DNA of 60,677 nt from Carcharhinus longimanus (taxonomy: Eukaryota): positions 94,235,050 through 94,295,726 of the forward strand of contig JASCQW010000190.1 of NCBI GenBank assembly GCA_030264375.1, read 5' to 3'. The notes beneath the pieces are model-generated. The model had not been told where the DNA came from and did no database searches. It saw only the letters and a list, made by a program, of their open reading frames with translations. A program made the translations under genes and the position numbers. Positions 52,445 through 60,677 of the stretch are shown here, piece after piece (positions within the stretch are counted from its first letter, which is position 1; each line of letters begins with the position of its first letter).

Positions 52445-53030
52445 ATAGAATCCCTTTAGTGCAGAAAGGGGCAATTCAGCTCATCAAGTCTGCAGCAACT
52501 CTCTGAAAGAACATCCCACCCAGGCGCTCCCCTCTGGCCTACGCCCATAACCCCATGCATTTGTCACAGCTAATCCACTTAACGTACACATCTTGGGACA
52601 CTAAGGGGCAATTTAGCATAGCCAATCCACCTCATCTGCATATCTCTGGACAAAGAACAAAACAGCCCGGGAAACAGGCCTTTCGGCCCAACGAGCCCGT
52701 GCCGCCATTTTAACATTATGAGTCCCCCCTCCACCCATGACCCTTGTCTATGCTTATGNNNNNNNNNNNNNNNNNNNNNNNNNNNNNNNNNNNNNNNNNN
52801 NNNNNNNNNNNNNNNNNNNNNNNNNNNNNNNNNNNNNNNNNNNNNNNNNNNNNNNNNNCCACCTTGCTTGGCAGAGCATTCCATACCCCCACTACCCTCT
52901 GTGTGAAAAACCTCCCTCTAACATCCAAATTATACTTTGCCCGCCCCCCTCAACTGTGGGAGGAAGCGCAGTACGAGGAGAAAACCCACACAGGTACAGG
53001 GAGAACATGCAAACTCCACACAGTTATCCA
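52445..53030 (-). mobile_element. HE1-like V-SINE with a nested CR1 3' end, across a gap
   Basis: SINE tail at 52445-52645 and SINE body at 52950-53030, separated by CR1 sequence. Confidence 0.65.
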
Positions 53031-53271
53031 AGGTGTAAGGAGATTCTGAAGTAATATCCTGGAGCTGAGATGACTGTCATCCCCAAACTTCCTTTGCGCT
53101 TCATCCAGCTAGTGAGAACTTTCCCCTATTCTCATTGACTTCAATTTTGATGACACACTCAATCAAATGCTGTCAAAGGCAGTCAGCTCTTTCATCCACA
53201 TTTGGACCAGAGGTAAAATAAAAGTAAAGTACTGAAATAAAGACAAAGTGCTGGAAAATCCCAGCAGGAAG

Positions 53272-53665
53272 TAAGAGCTGTGAACCTGTGGAATTTTCTA
53301 CCACAGAAAGCTGTTGAAGCTAGTTCCTGAAAGAAGTTTATAAAATTATGAGAGATACAGATAGGATGAACAGTTGGAAGCTTTTTCCCAGGGCAGAAAT
53401 GACAGTTACAAGCAGGGCACAAGTTCAAGATAAGGTGGCGGGGAAAGTTCAGTGGAAATGTGTGGGGAAAGTTTTTTTTAAAACACAGAGGGCGGTGAGG
53501 GCCTGAAATGCAGTGCCAAGGAGGTGGTTGAGGCAGTTACATTAGCGACATTTAAGACTTATCTTGATAGACGTATGAGCAAACAGGGAATAGGAAGATA
53601 ATAGCAATGGTCTGGATATGTAAACACGATCGGCGCAGGCTTGGAAGCCAAAGGGCCTGTTCTTT
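53272..53665 (+). mobile_element. CR1 LINE 3' end
   Basis: EVYKIMR..RGHKFK..FFTQR remnants. Confidence 0.7.
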
Positions 53666-53669
53666 GTTA

Positions 53670-54780
53670 GCAGCTCCAGTGGAGAAAGAAACAAAATTCA
53701 AGTCCAATATGACTCTTCTAAGAGATAGGTATGATCAGTTTTGTACTATTGCAAAACGGGCAGGTGGAGCAAAAGAGAAAGTTAATGATAGGTTAGAGGG
53801 TAGGGCAGGTTAAATGACAAAGATATCACTGGACCAGGGGCAACGGGAGTGGCAATGAAGGTATTAAAGAAACAAAGGGTCGGTCCAGAGTAGGTGTGAA
53901 TAGCAGAATAAAGGTCAGTCCTGTCTGAAAGCATAACGAGATGCAGATATATCCCAGAATTTAGGGAGAAAAAAATCATAATGGAGGACAGAGTGCATGG
54001 TCTCAAGTTGTTGAACTCAATGTTGAGTCCAGAAGGCTGTAAGGTGCCTGGTTGGAAGATGAGGTGTTGTTCTTCTAGCTTGCGATGAGCTTCACTGGAA
54101 TGCTATAGCAGGCCAAGGACAGAAATGCGAGCATGAGAACAGGGTGGTCAGTTTAAATGGCATGCAATTGGAAGGTTGCAGTCATGTTGCGGGCTGGGAG
54201 AAAGTGTCCCTCCAAGCAGTCACCCAGTCTGCATTTGGTCTTCCCACTGTAGCAAAGACTATTATAATCAGTGGATACAGTAGATTAGATTAAAAGTAGT
54301 ACACAAAAATCACTGGTTCCTCTAGGAGGAGTGCTTGGGGCCTTAGCCAATGAGGAGGGAAGACAAAGGGACATACACCTCCTGCAATTGCATGGGAAGG
54401 TACAATGCAGACAAAATGAGGTATTGGAATGATAGAAGAGTGGACCAGTGTGTCATTGAGGGAATGGACACATTGGAATGCTGATTGGGAGAGGAGGGAA
54501 AGAGGTGTTTGGTGGTGGCAGCATGCTAGAGAACAAGGGGAATCCTATCACGTGTCTGAGGGGGTAAACAAGAGGTGAAGGCAGAAGTGTGGAAATGAAT
54601 TGGACACGGTCGAGGGTCCTATCGACCACGGTGGGGGTGGTGGATCCTTTGTTGAGGAAAAGGCAGACATGTCAGAAGTGCCATGGAAGATAGCATCATC
54701 AGAACAGATGCAACAGAGATGGAGAAAGTGGGAAAATTGAATGAGTACTTATAGGAAGAGTGTGAGGTGTAGTCAAGGCA
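53670..54780 (-). mobile_element. Penelope-like element 3' part (GIY-YIG endonuclease remnant and terminal repeat)
   Basis: Minus strand about 54215-54290 reads IYCIH..LCYSGKTKCRLGDC (GIY-YIG-like); followed by the pLTR-type repeat near 53670-53722. Confidence 0.65.
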
Positions 54781-55271
54781 TCTTTTAAAGACAATAAATG
54801 AATGAATTAAATACTTTTCATACACAGTCAGTGATGAACTAATGAATATGCTTTAATTAGTGCAGGTGTTTTCATTTATTTGTTCGTTGACTATCAGTCC
54901 AAATCCACCCAGTGTTTTTTTTTTTTACAGGATTAAATTCCTAGAACAACAAATATATATTAGCCCCAAAATNNNNNNNNNNNNNNNNNNNNNNNNNNNN
55001 NNNNNNNNNNNNNNNNNNNNNNNNNNNNNNNNNNNNNNNNNNNNNNNNNNNNNNNNNNNNNNNNNNNNNNNNATGATCTTATTGAATGGCGGGGCAGGCT
55101 CGAAGGGCCAGATGGCCTATTCCTGCTCCTATTTCTTATGTTCTTATGACAGACCACTGCCAGATTGTGTACTGACTCAGCTTTTCAGGCCCTCTCCACA
55201 GCTGTACACTGTTCCTGAAGTCCATTATTCCAGAATGTCATTGAATTGGTAAATCAAATACCAAGTCTCAC

Positions 55272-55347
55272 CTGGAGCAGGAAGAAGCCTCCACCGACTG
55301 CTGTTGCAGCTAATTTTCCAACCTTCTGAAACAGGAACCCTGCACAC
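55272..55347 (-). CDS. FUNDC2: FUN14 domain-containing protein, coding exon 3
   Basis: ttgcag..gtgaga; (W)[25 protein letters not shown]. Confidence 0.88.
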
Positions 55348-55989
55348 CTGCAAAAGAAAAGTGGAAGAAAAATTACAAACAGATGGAGAAAATGATAGAG
55401 TTATTCACCTCTTCCAAAAAGAAACTTCATTACATTTTAGATTCAGTTGACAATGGAGAGCTTCTTGTACAAATTATTTTGTAAAGTAACTCGGGACTGT
55501 ATATTGCAATTGGATATAAAATTGAAGATGAGTCTGAATGCAGCTTAGACTAATAGTATGAAAGGGTTAGGAAATAAAGACCCTGGGTAAAATGAAATAG
55601 CGGAAGCAGCTTAGTTCCTATAAACTATGAATCCACACTAACTATCCAAAAGTTTGCACAAATTTGAAGCCACACTCAAGAAATAAGGATGGCTGCTAAA
55701 GCAGACGTTTGAGGCTGAAATTATCAGAGTATTGGGCACTTGACCAGGGAGTGCTTCATGCTTATACCTAATGCAAAAAGTATTGAAACCACCATTCTTC
55801 AATTTGAGGTTTTGAATCTGTTTTAATACTTACATGAATGAAATCCGGCAGGAACACACCAGTAATTAGAAGTGATTTAAGGAACAGTCAGTGATTCAAA
55901 TGGGAACATGGAATTTGTGTTTAATTAAATTACTCTATCTCATCTATTCACCTAACCAAAAACTATTTGAGCTACTTTGATCGTCATGT

Positions 55990-56258
55990 GCCACCGCTGG
56001 CAGAGTGGTTTGCACCGCTACCTCACAGCCCTAGGGAGCCGGGTTCAGTTCCCAGCTTGGGTCACTGTGTGGAGTTTCCTCCGGATGTTCTGATTTCCTC
56101 CCACAGTCCAAAGATGTGCAGGTTAAGTGAACTGGCCATGCTAAATTGCCCCTCAGTGTACCCGAACTGGCACCGGGGTGTGCCAACTCTGTTTACTGTA
56201 ACTTCATTACAATGTGAATGTAAGCCTACTTGTGACTTTTAATAAATAAACTTAACTT
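55990..56258 (+). mobile_element. HE1-like V-SINE (second tail type, internally deleted)
   Basis: Tail ..GTAAGCCTACTTGTGACTTTAATAAATAAACTTAACTTTA. Confidence 0.75.
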
Positions 56259-56627
56259 TATTGATGCAAATCACAATAGATGGATACTCTAGATACTTTC
56301 TTCAATTTACATAGACTTAGACATGGTACTTTATTACATTTGCAATCCATTCACAGGATATTGCAGTGGAATGGAAATCTTTCATTTTACTTCACCATCA
56401 GAATGAATTTGCATAGCTTCAGTCTCAATGTTTCCTGGAAAAGTAACCTCACCTGGCAACAATCATACTACTTCACCATTAGTGTTTGTTAATCTGTTCA
56501 CCACATGAGTTTTCAAATACAATCTGAAACATCATAACTGTATCCTGATATATGTGACAATAATAAAATCAACATCTGCCCACTCTCTTCATTCAAACTG
56601 CAATACCCAACAAGCAGAAAAATACCC

Positions 56628-56940
56628 TCTCGGCCTTTTGGCTAAGATCAAGTGTAGTATTCACATGCTGTGCTTGGTTGGAAGTCATTAGGTTACATTT
56701 TAGCTTCATTTGAAGCAATTTTTAAAAGCGGCATCACGGCCTTTTGGCTAAGATGCAAATGAGATCAAGCCTTGGAAGAGGAGCTATGCTTACTCCAATC
56801 AGCTTGGATCATGCAGATCAAGCCCAAGACAGGAGGTGAAAGCCCTGTCTTGTCAGCTTGGATCGGGAATGTCTCAAAGTGTTGAGATTCTGAATTGGAC
56901 TCGATTTGCTTGAATTGGAATAAAAACAACAAAAAAAAAA
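56628..56940 (+). mobile_element. U2 snRNA-headed SINE-like retroposon (A-tailed, approximate TSD)
   Basis: 56628-56660 = U2 nt 7-39; second U2 motif at 56737-56754; hairpin-rich body; AATAAA at 56919 plus A-tail; flanks AAAAATACCCTCT / AAAAAACCCCTCT. Confidence 0.75.
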
Positions 56941-56981
56941 CCCCTCTGCTTAGGGTCAACATTTAAAAGTTCAAAGCTCAC

Positions 56982-57138
56982 CAACCACTGGCTCCTCCAA
57001 TCATCAGTTGTGTTGCAACTGTATATTTTTCAGCAATTGGTCCAGAATTTCTTCCAAAGAATCGGTTCCACCATCTTTGTCGTTTGGCATATTCAGCTAA
57101 ATCCAACACCTCAAACTGACCATTATCATTGCCCTGCT
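56982..57138 (-). CDS. FUNDC2: FUN14 domain-containing protein, coding exon 2 (exon 1 not found, probably beyond window end)
   Basis: ctccag..gtgagc; [51 protein letters not shown](W). Family is certain; FUNDC2 rather than FUNDC1 rests on adjacency to CMC4/BRCC3. Confidence 0.86.
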
Positions 57139-60080
57139 CTGGAGAGAAACAATAAGATCTCAGTTTTTTTTTGCAGAGAATATCTAAATGTATCATTTGC
57201 TATCTGTAGTAAATTCTTCCAAGCTGCACAGTCATCCATAGAATGACAGGGTGAACAGATAGCAACTCTCAAGGGGTTATTGGATGGACAGTCTTATTGG
57301 TACAGAGAGCACCACTACATATTTTGAACAACGGAAAGAAGTGCTGTGTAATAATGTTACTCCTTTATATAGGTCTTAATTATTATGGCATGGTGTTCAG
57401 ATTTAATACTTCATGGAAAATTTGCATTTTTGGTTTGTAAGTTTACAAAATGTTGGTAAGATCATTTGACCTAGCGAATCCAACATCTTAGACGGGAACA
57501 AAGAGTATATTAACGATCAAAATCGTAGGGTTCCCACTGACTTGAAACAGAGCTGGACCAACTATACAAATGTTGCAGCTACAAGAGCAGGTGAGAGGCT
57601 GGGAATTCTGTAGACAGTAACTCACGTTCTGGCTCCTATCCACCATCTAGAAGACAGAAGTCATTCTCCACTTGCCTGGATGAGTGAAACTCCACCGACG
57701 CTCAAGAAGCTTGACACCATGCAGGACAAAGCAACCTGCTTGAATGGCACCTTCAATACCCACTCTCTCCTTCAGTTCACTGTCACCATCTCAAGGGTAA
57801 TTAGAGATATTCACTCATGGGATGTGGGAAGTAGTGCCTAAAAAAACTGCACATTTCTTCCCTTCCAATATTGTGCTCCTGATCTTCTGACCATCATGGT
57901 ACATTGTACAAAATCACTTACAAACAGGTGTAATGGAACATTTTCTTCTAATCCAAAAACTTTAGGAACAATGAAGGTGCAACATCCCAATTTATACATT
58001 TGAAGTGGTACGGGAAGTGCATTTTTAACTTCCAGTATTGCCAAAATAATGATTTAATAATTGGGTTGAGGGATGTCTGCCATTGCAGAATATAGTTATG
58101 TCATGGTTCAGTGCTCAGTGGAACATGTGTCAGAACCTGCTAATGGCATTTATAGGCACAGGAGACTAGCTTTTCTTTTTAAATAGAAGATATGATAATT
58201 AACAATCAACAAAACCTGGTGGGTACTCCTGCTGAGAACAGTTTCCCCATGATGACCATAATGACTGTAATGCTTCACTATGGTGATCAAAGAAAACATT
58301 ACAGGTTATTGAATCCAGGACAGCACAATCACCGAGTAAAACCAGAGATATGAACTTGAACATACCAAGCAAGTACACTTCGCAAGAATTTATTTTTAGT
58401 TTCATAATTTTAACTCGGATCTTTGCAGTGTAAAGTACAAAATTATATTACGAGAAGAACAAACAGCCACAAAGGCCAGCTTGGAGACAGTCACATTTTA
58501 GATCTCAGACCAGGAATGCCAAACGGTTATCAGCTGGGGTTCTTACTAATTTTTCTTACATTCTTCTTGCACACAGACACAACTGATGTATCATGACATG
58601 TCGCTATTTAACATCACAACTGAGTAGTTGAATAACAAAAAAAAATCATGGTTTTAAGAGATGTAGAAGATAGTTATTCAGTAAAATGACTGAGCAAGTA
58701 AAAGTGTTGAGGCAATTATATTTGGCAATCAGCTGCTGACATTTAGATACCATGTGAACTGAATGAGCCTGAGATGCACCGACCCTCTTCTGTATGTCAT
58801 CCATTCCACTTTTTAAAGTTTGCAAACAAACTTGCAGCTGAAACCATTTCGGTCTAGCCAAAATCAAAGACGATTTGACAGTCCTGCTGTTTAATCCCAA
58901 CAACCCACATCAGCTGTCACTTTTCAGTCTGCACAAACCATGAAAAGAATGCTTGCAGGATTCCCATGCGGCAGCTGTAAAATGACAGACATTAGCAGCT
59001 GCTTTTAGTACACGGGCCCAAAGTAGGTCTGTATGTAATCAAATGAAGATAAGGTAAAAATGTTTCTTGAGACATTCTTATATCAGTTCCAAAATTCTGT
59101 TCAAAAAAGGTAGTGCTCTATTTATTTCCAAACCAATTATCCAGCATCTCCCCATGTGCCATTTTTAAAGTAAATGAGGAAAACAAGTGTTAGTAAGCAA
59201 GACAACAAGGAGATGAAAAGTCCAAACCTTTATATTTTATAGTACAGATCATCTAACAGTCATCAAAATCAGTAACCCAAGCTGACTTCTCTATCATTGG
59301 CTAGAATGCTACAGAATTATGATCAGGTAAAAATGGATGCTGAGCCAAACTAGGACATGTTAGGAAAGTGATCAAAAGTTTTATGCAAGACTGAAACATT
59401 TAAGGAGAAATTGTAGTGTGGAGCCTAAATAATTGATGGCATAGGTCAACAAGAGATCAGAATGGAAGAACAGAGTTTGTGGGGGAGGAGCATTGTTGGT
59501 GGTCAGGCAGTCATAGGGCTCAAGGAAACTATGGAAAAACAGCAGAGGGATAAGGCCATATGTAGGGATCCAAATACAGGGTTAAAAATTTTAAATTTGA
59601 CACATTTGGGAAACAGAAGCCAATGTCAATCAGCAGTGATGTCACTTGTTTTGTTATACAATATGCATGAGCTGGAGTTTACAGAGGAGAGAGGATAGAA
59701 ATAAAGTATTGGAATAGTAAATTTTAAAGGTTAAATTAGAAACTCATTGCATTGTCTAATAGGATAGAAAGATTGCACTTATTCTGGTTTAACTCAAGGT
59801 AGTGGTCAAGGAGGGTGACAGAACGATTGCAATGGGTAGAGAGATATTGGTGGGTTTGATGACATTAAGTTCAATCTTGTCAATGCAGAACAGGGATTGA
59901 TGTGACAACATTAGTTCAAACAACCAAAATGGGGAGTATAAAGATTTTCTTGGGTATGAGCGTTTTATAAATGGAGATGAGTAAATCAGTTGCTGTAGAA
60001 ATATGGAAAATGGAGGGGCAAAAGCTCACTTGTTGGTACCTTGGATGTGCAATTATAAGTGACATGAAGGCAATTATTTG

Positions 60081-60677
60081 GTTCCTATTTTCAAGAAAGG
60101 GAACAGGAATAGCCCCGGAAATTATCGACCGGTGAGTCTGACTTCAGTGGTTGGTGAGTTGATGTAGAGAATACTGAGGGACAGGATTTATGAACATTTA
60201 GAGAAGTTTAGTTTGATCAAAAGTAGTCAGCACGGCTTTGTCAAAGGCAGATCGTGCCTCACGAGCCTGGTTGAGTTCTTTGAAAATGTGACTAAACACA
60301 TTGATAAAGGAAGAGAGGTAGATGTGGTTTATATGGACTTCAGCAAGGCGTTCGATAAGGTCCTCCATGCAAGACTTATTGAGAAAGTGAGAGGGCATGG
60401 GATCCAAGGGGCCATTGCCTTGTGGATCCAGAATTGGCTTGCCTGCAGAAGGCAGAGAGTGGTTGTGGATGGGCCTTTTTCTGCATGGAGACCGGTCACC
60501 AGTGGAGTGCCCCAGGGATCTGTTCTGGGATCCCAGCTGTTTGTGATTTTTATAAATAACCTGGATGAGGAAGTGGAGGGATGGGTTGGTAAGTTTGCCA
60601 ATGACACGAAGGTTGGAGGTGTTGTGGATAGTTTGGAGGGATGTCAGAAGTTGCAGCATGACATAGATAGGATGCAA
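60081..60677 (+). mobile_element. Relatively young CR1 LINE ORF2 (RT), 5'-truncated, runs off the window
   Basis: VPIFKKGNRNSPGNYRPVSLTSVVG..SQHGFVKGRSCLT..YMDFSKAFDKV..GVPQGSVLG..KFANDTKVGG; one in-frame stop; FADD mutated to FAND. Confidence 0.92.

Noticed and set aside
56628-56660. Functional U2 snRNA gene
   Set aside because: Only nt 7-39 are present; there is no Sm site or 3' stem-loops, and it is followed by unrelated sequence and an A-tail.
56978-57196. 72-aa ORF as a single-exon gene start
   Set aside because: It is FUNDC exon 2 read through from intronic sequence; the real acceptor is at 57139 and the donor at 56981.
60198-60677. 159-aa and 92-aa minus-strand ORFs
   Set aside because: Antisense to the CR1 reverse transcriptase on the plus strand.
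1-60677. CRISPR arrays, operons or other prokaryotic systems
   Set aside because: The sequence is vertebrate with spliceosomal introns; no repeat-spacer arrays were seen.

Overview
Vertebrate genomic DNA, almost certainly a shark (elasmobranch HE1/V-SINEs, DeuSINEs, CR1 and Penelope-like repeats), from a gapped draft assembly. None of the supplied ORFs is a complete gene; the genes are spliced. I reconstructed four. (1) BRCC3/BRCC36 is complete: minus strand, 8 coding exons, 32356->12720, 261 aa, with one AT-AC minor-spliceosome intron. (2) CMC4 is complete: plus strand, 35183-35240 + 37685-37830, 67 aa, head-to-head with BRCC3 across a CpG island. (3) A FUN14-domain gene has coding exons 2-5 on the minus strand, 57138->46038; it is FUNDC2 by synteny and exon 1 was not found. 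(4) The first coding exon of a monoamine-oxidase-like flavoprotein lies on the minus strand at 5446->5398, where VBP1 lies in human. The most unusual element is a ~310-bp retroposon in FUNDC2 intron 2. It has a U2 snRNA-derived head, a second internal U2 motif, tandem hairpins with a shared base, an A-tail and an approximate TSD. Repeat boundaries and family names are by eye and approximate.
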